Assembly (NCBI RefSeq): GCF_048403405.1
Contig: NZ_CP183129.1
Length of the DNA stretch: 64,000 bases
Source of the DNA: Escherichia coli
GTDB taxonomy: Bacteria > Pseudomonadota > Gammaproteobacteria > Enterobacterales > Enterobacteriaceae
Strand: one strand, 5' to 3'
The translations under genes were made by a program, and so were the position numbers. Below, piece by piece: positions 41,880 through 53,611 of this stretch (position 1 is the first letter of the stretch; each line of letters opens with the position of its first letter). The notes under the pieces were generated by a model. That model searched no databases. It worked only from the letters and a program-made list of their open reading frames with translations, and was not told the origin of the DNA.

Positions 41880-43624
41880 TGACCAAACTGCATTTTGTGA
41901 AGTTGCGCGTAAACGCCACGGTGCTCAAGCAAATCGTTATGCGTACCGCGTTCCACAATGACACCATCCTCGACGACCACGATTTCGTCTGCCTTTTCAA
42001 TGGTAGACAAGCGGTGGGCAATCACCAGAGAGGTACGGTTTTTCTGCAACTCATCCAGTGCCGCCTGAATCGCACGTTCGGATTCGGTATCCAACGCCGA
42101 GGTAGCTTCGTCCAGAATCAGAATCGGGCTATCACGCAACAAGGCTCGAGCGATAGCAATACGCTGACGCTGACCGCCAGAGAGCAGCACGCCGTTTTCA
42201 CCAATCACTGTATCGAGACCGTTATCCATCTTATTGATGAAGTCCATGGCGTAGGCCATACGCGCCGCTTCTTCAATTTGCTCACGGCTGTACTGTTCAG
42301 TCCGTGCGTAAGCAATGTTGTTAGCAACCGTATCGTTAAACAGATGGACATTCTGCGACACCAGAGCAACCTGGTTACGTAACGACGCCAGGGTATACTC
42401 GCGCAGATCGTGACCATCCATCAGAATTTCGCCTTCATCAATATCGTAAAAACGCGTGATCAGGCTGGCGATGGTTGATTTACCCGAACCAGAGCGTCCA
42501 ACCAGAGCAACCGTCTTCCCTGCCGGAATTTTCAGGTTGATGTTACGCAATGCGGGTACGTCACGTCCCGGATAAGTAAAGGTGACATTGCGGAATTCCA
42601 CGTCGCCAGTCGCACGCTCGATCACGCGCTTACCTTCGTCTTTCTCCTGCTCACTGTCCAGAATGGTAAACAGCGTCTGACAAGCCGCCATACCGCGCTG
42701 GAACTGGGCGTTAACGTTGGTCAGCGATTTCAGCGGACGCATCAGTGCAATCATTGAAGAGAAAACAACGGTAATCGTACCGGCAGTCAGGTTATCCATA
42801 ACACTTGGGAAGCTCGCCGCATACAGAACAAACGCCAGCGCCAAAGAGGCGATCAGCTGAATGATCGGATCAGAGATGGAAGAGGCTGAAACCATTTTCA
42901 TCCCCTGAAGACGCATTCGGTTACTGACTTTATCGAAGCGTTTCGTTTCCACTTCCTGACCACCGAAAATCAATACTTCTTTGTGGCCCTTCAGCATTTG
43001 TTCTGCGCTGGTGGTTACCTGCCCCATGGTGTTCTGCATGTTTTTACTGATATTGCGAAAACGCTTCGATACAACGCGAATCGCAATCGAAACAATCGGT
43101 GCCAGCACAATCAAAATGATCGACAGTTGCCAACTGTAATAGAACATCATGATGAACAGGCCGATGATCGACGCACCTTCACGCACAACAGTAATCAGTG
43201 CGCCGGAAGAGGAAGAAGCAACCTGTTCGGAATCGTAGGTGATACGTGACAACAGCGTACCCGTTGACTGTTTGTCAAAGAATGAAACCGGCATTCCCAT
43301 CATGTGACCAAACAGGCGGCGACGCATGGTCATTACCACCTTTCCTGATACCCAGGAGATACAGTAGCTGGAGACATAGCTGGTGATACCACGTAAAATC
43401 ATCAGCCCGATCACCACCAGCGGCATCCACACCAGCACGGAGCGATCTGTTTTACCAAAGCCATCATCAAGAAGTGGCTTAAGGAGCGATAACATGAAGG
43501 TATCGCTGGCTGCGTTGAGGATTAACGCTACGCCCGCCACGATCAGACCCGCTTTGAAAGGCGCAATGGTTGGCCACAGTCGGCGGAATGTCTGCCACGT
43601 AGAGAGATCTTTGTCGTTATGCAT
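41876..43624 (-). CDS. msbA: Lipid A/LPS flippase ABC transporter MsbA
   Basis: 582 aa; six transmembrane segments then Walker [10 protein letters not shown] and LSGGQRQR. Confidence 0.95.
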   Translation of the reverse strand: MHNDKDLSTWQTFRRLWPTIAPFKAGLIVAGVALILNAASDTFMLSLLKPLLDDGFGKTDRSVLVWMPLVVIGLMILRGITSYVSSYCISWVSGKVVMTMRRRLFGHMMGMPVSFFDKQSTGTLLSRITYDSEQVASSSSGALITVVREGASIIGLFIMMFYYSWQLSIILIVLAPIVSIAIRVVSKRFRNISKNMQNTMGQVTTSAEQMLKGHKEVLIFGGQEVETKRFDKVSNRMRLQGMKMVSASSISDPIIQLIASLALAFVLYAASFPSVMDNLTAGTITVVFSSMIALMRPLKSLTNVNAQFQRGMAACQTLFTILDSEQEKDEGKRVIERATGDVEFRNVTFTYPGRDVPALRNINLKIPAGKTVALVGRSGSGKSTIASLITRFYDIDEGEILMDGHDLREYTLASLRNQVALVSQNVHLFNDTVANNIAYARTEQYSREQIEEAARMAYAMDFINKMDNGLDTVIGENGVLLSGGQRQRIAIARALLRDSPILILDEATSALDTESERAIQAALDELQKNRTSLVIAHRLSTIEKADEIVVVEDGVIVERGTHNDLLEHRGVYAQLHKMQFGQ

Positions 43625-43660
43625 TCAAAAAACCAGCATTTGTTGAAATAGCCGCATATT

Positions 43661-45925
43661 CTACCCGTTATCCACTGGCACGCCAAACCACTGATGATAC
43701 CAACGAGGTAAAATTTGCTCCCTGAAGCTGCTAATCCGCCAGCCTTGCGCTGAAAAATTGACCGTCATTTGCCCCTGATGAGGAGTATCAAGCCACTTAT
43801 AACCCTGTTGTTGATAGCGATGTTTAACTTTGCTTGAGGGCAGTCGCCATGCGTTATAGCGCGATGCCGATGCGAGTGCCACTTTTCCATTCACTCGCTG
43901 AATTAATGGCAACGATGATGAGGTATTACTGCCATGGTGAGGTACCTGAAGTAATGTTGCCTGCATTTGCTGCCAGTAACGGCTTAGCATCTTTTGTTCA
44001 GCGGGGGCTTCAATATCACCGGTTAGAAGAATGCTATTCGTCCCGTCATCAATCTTAACCACACAGGAATGGTTATTTCCTTTATCGTTGCTACCTTGTA
44101 AAGGCCAGTGCGCGCTGAAACTCAATCCTTGCCATTGCCACGCTTCGCCACGCACACAGGGCTGATGATGTTCCCAGTTTAACGGACTTCTGATCCATAA
44201 CATCGGCCATGTATGCAATATTGAGTCCAGCCCTCCCCGGTGATCCAGATGTTCATGACTCAGAATAACGCCTTCCGGTTCAAGATTATGCCAGTGGAGC
44301 CAGGGGATAATCAGTTGTTGCCCACTATCCCCTTCGGGCCAGGCCAGTCCCGTGTCATAGAGAATCGCTTTGCCGTTTCTGGCTATCACCATTGCCAGCC
44401 CTTGCCCGACATCAAGCATGTACACTTGCCACTCGTCAGGTCGAGGTTTTTGCCACAGCGGCCAGCACATCAGCAAGCCTACAGCCACACACATTGCTGG
44501 CAACGTTCGCCAGGCGTTTAATCGCCATACCACCAGTAAGAACCATGGGGAAAATGTTAGCCATTGCCAACGTTCAGCAATGTTGATCCACCCTTCCGGC
44601 AAACTCTTTAACCCCCAGAAAAGTAAAGCCAAAGACCGGTCGGCAAGAAACCATAATCCTTGTTCCAGAATAAGCGGCCCGCTTAAATGCACAACCATCG
44701 CGGCGAGGATCAACGGAACCGTGATAAATGTCACCAGGGGAATTGCAAAAAGATTTGCAATAAACGAGGTCAGACTAATGCCATGAAATATGACGATTTG
44801 CACGGGCATAAGCAGGAGGGTGATTCCCAGTTGCAGATGGATGAGGGAAACAACCGCACGCAATACCGGCGGCAGCTGCCACTCAGGACAGGGAAACCAC
44901 TGATACCAAAAAATCAGTGCCGCGACCGCAGCGGCAGAGAGCCATAAACTTTGCGAGAGAATGGCAACAGGATCCATCAACAAAATTGCCGCCAGACAAC
45001 ATATCCATACATCCCAGCCACTCCATTGTCGCCCACTTAACTTAAGCATTCCCCACATGGCAAGCGCCACCACGGTACGCAATGCAGGAGGTTGCATCCC
45101 AGTCAGCCAGGCATAAAAAGCAGCACAGCAGATTCCGCCAATTAATGGCATTTGCCATTGGATCCAGCGCCCGGGCAGAAAAACTTGCCCACCGCGAATG
45201 AGTCCGGCAGCCAGCAACGCCGCAAAAGCGATATGCAATCCCGATATCGCCATTAAATGCGCCGTTCCAGTATCGCGCATGATATTTTTGATTTCTTTGG
45301 GAACGGATAACCGTTCCCCCATACCTAAACCAAGAATAACCGCATTCCACATATAGGGTTGCAGCGTTGTTTGTAGTGACGCCAGATACTGTGCACGCAG
45401 GCTACAATTCGGTTCAATGACACTTGCCTGCAGAAATCGGCCGGTGAGCGGCTGATGCTGGGCAATGGCATAACGCTGGCTATCAAAGCCGCCATCATTA
45501 AGTTGGCCATGAACTGCACGAACTTTGAGTTTCATTGACCACAGTTGTCCAGCACAAACCGCTTGCGGAAGATATTCGCCATACAGCACGAGGCCTGGCG
45601 CAGGGAATATACGTCGACCTTGTAGATGAGTAATTTGACCGTAATGAGTGGTCATACCGTCAGTAGCAGTGATCTCAACAATTGCATCCTGCGTCGCGCC
45701 AGTTAACGTTTCTCCTGCCCACAAAATTTGCTTTGCTGCTAATATGCCCCAAACGAAAAACAGCAACGTCAGCGCGATATAACGGACAGTTTTAAAAGGG
45801 ATAAATACCAGTACGCAGGCGAAGACGGTCAGAGACGCAAGGGTTAATGTCCCAGGCAATTGTGGCAAAACCAGCAACGGAAAAATTCCGCAAATTATGC
45901 ATACGCCGACTGTCGTTATTTTCAT
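43661..45925 (-). CDS. ycaI: ComEC/Rec2-family inner-membrane protein
   Basis: 754 aa from MKITTVGVCIICGIFPLLVLPQLP; polytopic membrane region plus C-terminal metallo-beta-lactamase-like domain; internal Met of track ORF 43661..46003. Confidence 0.85.
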   Translation of the reverse strand: MKITTVGVCIICGIFPLLVLPQLPGTLTLASLTVFACVLVFIPFKTVRYIALTLLFFVWGILAAKQILWAGETLTGATQDAIVEITATDGMTTHYGQITHLQGRRIFPAPGLVLYGEYLPQAVCAGQLWSMKLKVRAVHGQLNDGGFDSQRYAIAQHQPLTGRFLQASVIEPNCSLRAQYLASLQTTLQPYMWNAVILGLGMGERLSVPKEIKNIMRDTGTAHLMAISGLHIAFAALLAAGLIRGGQVFLPGRWIQWQMPLIGGICCAAFYAWLTGMQPPALRTVVALAMWGMLKLSGRQWSGWDVWICCLAAILLMDPVAILSQSLWLSAAAVAALIFWYQWFPCPEWQLPPVLRAVVSLIHLQLGITLLLMPVQIVIFHGISLTSFIANLFAIPLVTFITVPLILAAMVVHLSGPLILEQGLWFLADRSLALLFWGLKSLPEGWINIAERWQWLTFSPWFLLVVWRLNAWRTLPAMCVAVGLLMCWPLWQKPRPDEWQVYMLDVGQGLAMVIARNGKAILYDTGLAWPEGDSGQQLIIPWLHWHNLEPEGVILSHEHLDHRGGLDSILHTWPMLWIRSPLNWEHHQPCVRGEAWQWQGLSFSAHWPLQGSNDKGNNHSCVVKIDDGTNSILLTGDIEAPAEQKMLSRYWQQMQATLLQVPHHGSNTSSSLPLIQRVNGKVALASASRYNAWRLPSSKVKHRYQQQGYKWLDTPHQGQMTVNFSAQGWRISSFREQILPRWYHQWFGVPVDNG

Positions 45926-46080
45926 GCACCCCTCCCTGTTTATGGAAAGTGTGCAACTTTGTTGAGCGGTTGTCTGGTGGGAGTTTTGCGTTCCCCGAGG
46001 CACGTTCAGAAGAATTTAACGAGAGGGTGAAAACTGTTCAAAACTCTGCGAGGCTGCTTCCAGTTCCAGATTAGAGAAAT

Positions 46081-46104
46081 GAAAAAAGCACCCGACAGGT
46101 GCTT
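46081..46104 (-). terminator. ihfB rho-independent terminator
   Basis: Minus strand reads AGCACC-tgtcg-GGTGCT then TTTTTTC, about 28 nt after the ihfB stop. Confidence 0.6.
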
Positions 46105-46131
46105 TTCTCGCGTTCAAGTTTGAGTAAAAAC

Positions 46132-46416
46132 TTAACCGTAAATATTGGCGCGATCGCGCAGTTCTTTACCTGGTTTAAAGTGAGGAACGTATTTTCCTTC
46201 CAGTTCTACTTTATCGCCAGTCTTCGGATTACGTCCGGTACGTGGTGCGCGGTAGTGCAAAGAGAAACTGCCGAAACCGCGGATTTCAATACGCTCGCCC
46301 TGCGCAAGAGTCGAGGCCATATGCTCCAGCATCTCTTTTACTGCATCTTCAACCGTCTTGGCGGGAATGTGCGATTGCTGGGTGGCAAGTCTTTCTATCA
46401 ATTCTGACTTGGTCAT
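46132..46416 (-). CDS. ihfB: Integration host factor beta subunit
   Basis: 94 aa, [34 protein letters not shown]... Confidence 0.95.
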
Positions 46417-46575
46417 GATTCCTCCGGTTCCTTAAAGGCAAATTAAGCGGCTGCTGTTGCTGCATTGATTAAGGGCGGCCGTAGCCGCCCTTAGTGCTTG
46501 ATTACAGGACGAAACCTGCAATCTGTCAAGTAAACTCAACAAACTTCGGAATAAAAATCCCGAAGAGTCAGAGAA

Positions 46576-48249
46576 TTACTCGCCTTTAGCTGCTTTGAAA
46601 GCTTCAGCCATTGCGTTGTTGGAGAAGTTTGCATCTTCCTGTTTGTTAACAGTTGCGATTGCATCTTTCTCGTCAGCTTCGTCTTTCGCACGAACAGACA
46701 GGCTGATTGCGCGGTTTTTACGATCAACGCCGGTGAATTTAGCTTCAACTTCGTCGCCAACGCTCAGAACCAGGGTAGCGTCTTCAACGCGGTCACGGGA
46801 TGCTTCAGAAGCACGCAGGTAACCTTCAACGCCGTCAGCCAGTTCTACGGTTGCGCCTTTAGCGTCAACTGCAGTTACTTTACCGGTTACGATAGCGCCT
46901 TTCTTGTTCAGAGCAACCCAGTTGTTGAACGGATCTTCTGCGAGCTGTTTAACGCCCAGGGAGATACGTTCACGTTCTGCGTCAACCTGCAGAACAACTG
47001 CAGCGATTTCGTCGCCTTTTTTGTATTCACGAACTGCTTCTTCGCCTGCAACGTTCCAGGAGATGTCAGACAGGTGAACCAGGCCGTCGATGCCGCCGTC
47101 AAGGCCGATGAAGATACCGAAGTCAGTGATAGACTTGATTTTACCTTCAACACGGTCACCCTTGTTGTGGGTTTCCGCGAACTGCTGCCACGGGTTAGCT
47201 TTGCACTGTTTCAGACCCAGGGAGATACGACGACGTTCTTCGTCGATATCCAGAACCATAACTTCCACTACATCGCCAACGTTAACAACTTTGGACGGGT
47301 GGATGTTTTTGTTGGTCCAATCCATTTCGGAAACGTGTACCAGGCCTTCAACGCCTTCTTCGATTTCAACGAAGCAGCCGTAGTCGGTCAGGTTGGTCAC
47401 GCGACCAGTCAGTTTGGTACCTTCCGGATAACGTTTAGCGATAGCTACCCACGGATCTTCGCCCAGCTGTTTCAGGCCCAGGGATACACGGGTACGTTCG
47501 CGGTCGAACTTCAGCACTTTAACAGTGATTTCGTCGCCAACGTTGACGATTTCGCTCGGATGCTTAACGCGTTTCCAGGCCATGTCAGTGATGTGCAGCA
47601 GGCCGTCAACGCCGCCCAGATCAACGAATGCACCGTAGTCAGTGAGGTTCTTAACGATACCTTTAACTTCCATGCCTTCCTGCAGGTTTTCCAGCAGCTG
47701 ATCGCGCTCTGCGCTGTTTTCGGATTCGATAACGGCACGACGAGAAACAACAACGTTGTTGCGCTTCTGATCCAGCTTGATTACTTTGAATTCAAGCTCT
47801 TTGCCTTCCAGGTGCAGAGTGTCACGCACCGGACGAACGTCTACCAGAGAACCTGGCAGGAACGCACGAATACCGTTCAGCTCAACAGTGAAGCCGCCCT
47901 TAACTTTGCCGTTGATAACACCGGTAACAGTTTCAGCATCTTCGTAAGCTTTTTCCAGCGTGATCCAGGCTTCGTGACGTTTAGCTTTCTCACGGGACAG
48001 CAGAGTTTCACCGAAGCCGTCTTCTACTGCGTCCAGAGCAACGTCAACTTCGTCACCTACCTGGATTTCCAGCTCGCCCTGGGCGTTTTTGAACTGCTCA
48101 GCCGGGATGGCGGACTCAGATTTCAGACCAGCGTCAACCAGTACTACGTCTTTGTCGATAGCAACAACAACGCCACGAACGATAGAACCCGGGCGGGTTT
48201 CGATTTCTTTTAAGGACTCTTCAAAGAGTTGAGCAAAAGATTCAGTCAT
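46576..48249 (-). CDS. rpsA: 30S ribosomal protein S1
   Basis: 557 aa, repeated S1 domains, starts [21 protein letters not shown]. Confidence 0.97.
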
Positions 48250-48359
48250 GTTTAATCTTCAGGTTTATATTTAACGTCCACCTGGCTCCATGCCGGATGG
48301 GGTTGTTTAACATACCCGCTGTCATTCCATTGCAACGGGGGTACTGCAAATTCGGTCGC

Positions 48360-49043
48360 TTATGCGAGAGCCAATTTCTGGCGCGCGTATTGTAGCGCTT
48401 TTTCAATCACTTGCTCAATGCTTAAGGTGGTGGAATCCAACACTAAAGCATCGGCTGCCGGAACCAGTGGCGCTACCGCTCGGTTACGATCGCGGTCGTC
48501 GCGTTCTTTGATCTCGGCCAAAAGGCGCTCAAAGTTAACACTAAAGCCCTTCTCCTGCAACTGTAGCATGCGGCGATGCGCACGTTCTTCCGAGGAGGCG
48601 TCAAGGAAAATTTTCACTGGCGCATCAGGGAATACCACCGTTCCCATATCGCGGCCATCGGCAATCAAGCCTGGTAATTCGCGAAACGCGCGTTGGCGAC
48701 GCAATAATGCTTCACGAACGCGTGGGAATGCCGCGACTTGTGAAGCAGCATTCGCCACTTCCTGAGTACGAATTTCGCCGCTGACATCTTCCCCTTCGAG
48801 GATCACTTCCAGATTGCCATTGGTCGACACAAAACGTACATCCAGATGGGATGCCAGCGGCACGAGCGCATCTTCCGATGCAACATCAACATGGTGATGT
48901 AATGCCGCCAGTGCCAGTACGCGATAAATTGCACCCGAGTCCAGCAGATGCCATTGCAACGCTTCCGCCATAGCCTTACACAAGGTGCCTTTCCCTGCAC
49001 CGCTTGGGCCATCAATGGTAATAACCGGGGCAATTGCCGTCAT
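48360..49043 (-). CDS. cmk: Cytidylate kinase
   Basis: 227 aa; P-loop GPSGAGKGT. Confidence 0.95.
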
Positions 49044-49215
49044 CTTTATCTCCTTAAAACAGGCGTACCGTTAACATAACCGCGCGCATTATACGCGCCG
49101 ACGCCCCAAATCGTTAACGTTGTGTGCAAAAACCAGTTTTGTCTGTATTCAGATGGGGATTTATTGCGCAATTATAGCGGGCTGGCAGAAGACCAGCCCG
49201 AAAGATGACAATGAT

Positions 49216-49980
49216 TTACTTACCAGAGGCGATACGATCACGGATGTGTTGCGCACGCTCTGTTGATGGTGGGTGAGAGTCAAACATGGACTGGGTACGA
49301 CCGCCATCCAGGCTGGCCAATTTTTCAAAGCTGCCAACCAGCCCCTGGGTGCTGATGCCACGTTTCTTCAACAGATCAAAGGAGAAATCATCTGCTTCGG
49401 ACTCTTTATCGCGGGAGTATTTAGCATTGATCGCGCCTTCTGCGATATCACCTAATTGTGAGCGAGAAAGCTGGGAAGCCACACCGCTGGTAGCGGAAAT
49501 CGCATCACGTGCGGCAACGATCGCATAAGAAGCTTTCATTTCAGCCAGCGAGTGACCCAACGCGACGTGGCCCAGTTCATGACCCAGAACGCCTTCAATT
49601 TCGTTGTCGTTCATCATGTCCATCAGGCCACTGTAGACACGAACACAGCCGTTCGCCATCGCCCATGCGTTGACGTCGCTGGTCATATAAACCTTATAGT
49701 TGACCGGCGTGCCATTAATATTGTTACCCAATGCTTTGGCGATTTTTGCCAGACGTTTACCGTACTTGCTGGATTTACTTGCGACTTTATTGCCGCTGTC
49801 CATTTCGACACAGCCCTGATTGGCAATCGCTTTTGCATCAGCATCGCTTAACGTTGCTGCTTTATAGGCATTTAAACCTGAGCTGATAGCCATATTGGTA
49901 TCAATACCGTGGGTATTTTGACACCCTGTCAGTAATGCTGCAGAGGCCGCAATCGCCAGCAGTAATTTAGTATTCTTCAT
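49216..49980 (-). CDS. ycaL: M48-family metalloprotease lipoprotein YcaL
   Basis: 254 aa from MKNTKLLLAIAASAALLTGC (lipobox); HELGH zinc motif; internal Met of track ORF 49216..50004. Confidence 0.85.
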   Translation of the reverse strand: MKNTKLLLAIAASAALLTGCQNTHGIDTNMAISSGLNAYKAATLSDADAKAIANQGCVEMDSGNKVASKSSKYGKRLAKIAKALGNNINGTPVNYKVYMTSDVNAWAMANGCVRVYSGLMDMMNDNEIEGVLGHELGHVALGHSLAEMKASYAIVAARDAISATSGVASQLSRSQLGDIAEGAINAKYSRDKESEADDFSFDLLKKRGISTQGLVGSFEKLASLDGGRTQSMFDSHPPSTERAQHIRDRIASGK

Positions 49981-50148
49981 GTGAATCATCCGTTGATTAA
50001 TCATATATAAATATTATGTATCAACAACTTACATTGACAAGCGACGCTACCATTAATCAAAATGACTCACAAGGTCCGAAAAAAAACGCCGACAATGTGC
50101 CGACGTTTTGATAAAGAAAGATTTGGCTATTTATTGCCCGTTGTTCAT

Positions 50149-51432
50149 TCAGGCTGCCTGGCTAATCCGCGCCAGCTGCTCGAAATAATCCGGAAATGTT
50201 TTGGCCGTACATTTGGGATCAAGAATCGTCACTGGTGTATCTGACAACGCCACCAGCGAGAAACACATCGCCATCCGGTGATCATTGTATGTCGCGATCT
50301 CGGCAAAGTTCAGTTTTTCCGGTGGAGTGATACGAATGTAATCGTGCCCCTCTTCTACTTCCGCACCAACTTTACGCAGTTCTGTTGCCATCGCAAACAG
50401 GCGATCGGTCTCTTTAACACGCCAGTTATAGATATTGCGCAGCGTGGTGGTGCCTTTTGCAAATAACGCCGCCGTGGCAATGGTCATCGCCGCATCGGGA
50501 ATATGGTTCATATCCATATCAATAGCGTTCAGTTCACCACGCGTGCAGGAAATATAATCGTCGCCCCAGCAAATAGTCGCGCCCATTTTTTCCAGCACAT
50601 CAGCAAAGCGAATATCACCCTGCATACTGTTGCGTCCAATGCCGGTCACTTTTACAGTGCCGCCTCTGATTGCTGCTGCTGCCAGGAAGTAAGAAGCCGA
50701 AGATGCATCGCCTTCGACCAAATAAGTACCCGGAGACTGATAAGACTGCCCGCCTTTTACGACAAATTGTTGATAGTGCTGATTTTCAATTTCAACACCA
50801 AACGTCTTCATCAGATTGAGTGTGATGTCGATATAAGGTTTAGAAACCAGATCGCCTTTAATACGAATAACCGTATCTTCCGGCGCAAGAGGCGCAGTCA
50901 TTAATAGTGCGGTGAGGAACTGGCTGGAAACGGAGCCATCAACGTCAACGTTGCCGCCAGTAAAGCCGCCCTGTAAACGCAATGGTGGATAATTTTCTTG
51001 TTCCAGGTAAGTGATCTTCGCTCCGCCCAGGCGCAGCGCATCCACCAGATGACCAATCGGGCGCTCTTTCATACGCGGCTCACCAGTCAGCACAATATCA
51101 TTGCTACCCAGACAAAGAGCTGCCGCCAGCGGGCGCATTGCCGTTCCGGCGTTTCCGAGGAACAACTCCAGGGCACCTTCTGCGTGTAATGGACCGCCGT
51201 TACCGATAATTTCGCAACGCGTACGATCAGCTGAAAGCGTATAGCTTACCCCTAACGCTGTTAATGCATTCAGCATATGGCGCACGTCATCGCTATCCAG
51301 CAGATTGGTTAATACTGTTTTGCCGTGTGCTAATGCCGCCAGCAATAAAGCGCGGTTAGAAACGCTCTTGGAACCGGGCAGATTAATAGTGCCATCGACA
51401 CGAGCGATGGGTTGTAACGTCAGGGATTCCAT
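50149..51432 (-). CDS. aroA: 3-phosphoshikimate 1-carboxyvinyltransferase (EPSP synthase)
   Basis: 427 aa from [35 protein letters not shown]. Confidence 0.96.
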   Translation of the reverse strand: MESLTLQPIARVDGTINLPGSKSVSNRALLLAALAHGKTVLTNLLDSDDVRHMLNALTALGVSYTLSADRTRCEIIGNGGPLHAEGALELFLGNAGTAMRPLAAALCLGSNDIVLTGEPRMKERPIGHLVDALRLGGAKITYLEQENYPPLRLQGGFTGGNVDVDGSVSSQFLTALLMTAPLAPEDTVIRIKGDLVSKPYIDITLNLMKTFGVEIENQHYQQFVVKGGQSYQSPGTYLVEGDASSASYFLAAAAIRGGTVKVTGIGRNSMQGDIRFADVLEKMGATICWGDDYISCTRGELNAIDMDMNHIPDAAMTIATAALFAKGTTTLRNIYNWRVKETDRLFAMATELRKVGAEVEEGHDYIRITPPEKLNFAEIATYNDHRMAMCFSLVALSDTPVTILDPKCTAKTFPDYFEQLARISQAA

Positions 51433-51451
51433 GAACTCAACTCTCTACAAC

Positions 51452-51484
51452 AGAAATAAAAACCCCACAGGCTGGCTGTGGGGA
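51452..51484 (-). terminator. Intercistronic terminator-like hairpin between serC and aroA
   Basis: Minus strand reads CCCCACAG-ccagc-CTGTGGGG then TTTTTATTTC within the 70-nt serC-aroA spacer. Confidence 0.55.
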
Positions 51485-51502
51485 TTATGCAAAATTTCGA
51501 CA

Positions 51503-52591
51503 TTAGCCGTGACGGCGTTCGAACTCAATCATGAAGTCTGTCAGCGCTTTAACGCCTTCCAGTGGCATGGCGTTATAAATGGACGCGCGCATTCCGCCGA
51601 CCACACGGTGACCTTTCAGTGCATGAAGGCCAGCAGCAAAAGACTCTTCAAGGAACAATTTGTCAAGCGCACTGTCCGCCAACTGGAACGGCACGTTCAT
51701 CCGCGAACGGTTAGCTTTCGCCACGTCATTGCGGTAGAAATCGCTGTTATCAATCACCCCATACAGCAGTTCTGCTTTTTGCTGATTGATTTTATCCATT
51801 GCAGCTACACCGCCGTTCGCTTTCAGCCATTTAAAGACCAGACCAGACAGATACCAGGCAAATGTCGGCGGCGTGTTAAACATGGAGTCGTTATCGTTGA
51901 GAATGGAATAATCCAGAATCGACGGACACGCGATATTCGCTTTGCCCAGCAAATCTTCACGAACGATGACGATTGTCAGGCCAGCCGGGCCGATATTTTT
52001 CTGCGCGCCAGCGTAAATTACACCATAACGGCTGACGTCAATCGGACGGGAAAGAATGGTTGAAGAGAAGTCGGCGGCGACCACCACATCTTTGCCGAAG
52101 TCTGGCGTTTCGTCGATAGCGATACCGTCGATGGTTTCATTCGGGCAGTAATGCATATAAGCAGCATTATCAGAGAGTTGCCATTCGCGCATTGGCTTAA
52201 CCGCGCGCAGACCATCAACAGTCACTTTGGCGTCGAAGACATTAGGCGTGCAATATTTTTTCGCTTCTTTAATGGCACTTGCCGCCCAGTAACCGGCATC
52301 AACATAATCTGCGGTGGTTTTATCACCGAGAATATTCAGCGGAACAGCAGCAAACTGACCGCGACCGCCGCCATGGCAGAACAATACCTTGTAGTTGGAG
52401 GGGACATTAAGAAGATCGCGAAAATCCTTCTCGGCTTCCTCTGCAACCTGAATGAACTCTTTGCCACGGTGACTCACTTCCATCACCGACGTACCAAGAC
52501 CGTTCCAGTCGCGCAGTTCCTGTTGAGCCTGTTTAAGCACCTCTGCCGGTAGCATTGCCGGACCAGAACTAAAATTGAAGATTTGAGCCAT
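51503..52591 (-). CDS. serC: Phosphoserine aminotransferase
   Basis: 362 aa from [26 protein letters not shown]. Confidence 0.96.
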   Translation of the reverse strand: MAQIFNFSSGPAMLPAEVLKQAQQELRDWNGLGTSVMEVSHRGKEFIQVAEEAEKDFRDLLNVPSNYKVLFCHGGGRGQFAAVPLNILGDKTTADYVDAGYWAASAIKEAKKYCTPNVFDAKVTVDGLRAVKPMREWQLSDNAAYMHYCPNETIDGIAIDETPDFGKDVVVAADFSSTILSRPIDVSRYGVIYAGAQKNIGPAGLTIVIVREDLLGKANIACPSILDYSILNDNDSMFNTPPTFAWYLSGLVFKWLKANGGVAAMDKINQQKAELLYGVIDNSDFYRNDVAKANRSRMNVPFQLADSALDKLFLEESFAAGLHALKGHRVVGGMRASIYNAMPLEGVKALTDFMIEFERRHG

Positions 52592-52789
52592 TTCCCCTCA
52601 CCACGTTGCGTTGCTATTAACCCGCGGTCAATCGATTGCGACCACAGGTAATACATTATTCCTGTGGCTATCGGTTTTATCATTCAGTGACACACATCGC
52701 AATGAGTAAAACCGTTGAGGGCAAAAATGTGGCTTGCATCACACAAAAGAATCTCTTGGATTATTAGCAAAAAGCCGATGTTTTTACTG

Positions 52790-53482
52790 TCACGTCACCC
52801 GTTTTGCCCGACTTGCCTTCGTCCATTCTGGATTTGCACAGCGCGGACATAATTGTTTTTCCCCCGCGTTCATATGAATGATTTCACTGCAACGAATGCA
52901 GGCATAGTCCGCCGACTCGGGTACCACTTTGTAACGCTGAGTACAGTCACTGGGTAAAATAAGTAAGCCCGGTTTCACCTTGTCATCTTCAAAGAAATAG
53001 ACACTGATTTGCCCGTTGGTTTCGAGAATCGCCAGACGTACTTGCCCCAACTGCTCTACACCGCGCAATCGTAGCTCCATAAAGAACTCAAATTCCGTCA
53101 TGTTGGAGTTATTGAGTTTCGACCAGGCCAGCTCGCCATCTTCAATAATGACAACCGGCTTACCTTCCAGAAGATCTTCCAGTTTTTCACTGTGTGCCAT
53201 CAACCACATTACCAGGCGGTATAACAACGCCAGAGTAATAAAGACGATAAGTACCGGGACCATCGGCACATCATCATAAAACGCCACATCTCCCGCCGCT
53301 GATCCCAGCGTCAGAATGATTAACACTTCAAAAAGCGACATCTGCCGCACACCGCGTCTTCCGGTCATTTTGAGGAACAAAAAAACCAGTACAAAGGTAT
53401 AAAGACTACGTAGTGCCACTTCGCCAAGGAAATCAAAAGGCACTTTATCAAATGCCATACGGTGGAGATCAAACGCCTTCAT
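52790..53482 (-). CDS. ycaP: DUF421 inner-membrane protein YcaP
   Basis: 230 aa with N-terminal transmembrane segments; divergent from ycaO. Confidence 0.85.
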   Translation of the reverse strand: MKAFDLHRMAFDKVPFDFLGEVALRSLYTFVLVFLFLKMTGRRGVRQMSLFEVLIILTLGSAAGDVAFYDDVPMVPVLIVFITLALLYRLVMWLMAHSEKLEDLLEGKPVVIIEDGELAWSKLNNSNMTEFEFFMELRLRGVEQLGQVRLAILETNGQISVYFFEDDKVKPGLLILPSDCTQRYKVVPESADYACIRCSEIIHMNAGEKQLCPRCANPEWTKASRAKRVT

Positions 53483-53611
53483 TTTTATGCTCTTATCGTG
53501 GTTTATCCACTAAAAGCATAGTCAACAGTTCATCGGCATGGCGGCGGTGATAGCGCCTTTGAGATAAAACCCGTATTATTGCGCGCTTTCCGTACGACTA
53601 AAGTGATTTTC

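Noticed and set aside
47074-48213. 379 aa plus-strand ORF opposite rpsA
   Set aside because: Antisense shadow of ribosomal protein S1; low-complexity translation with no start context.
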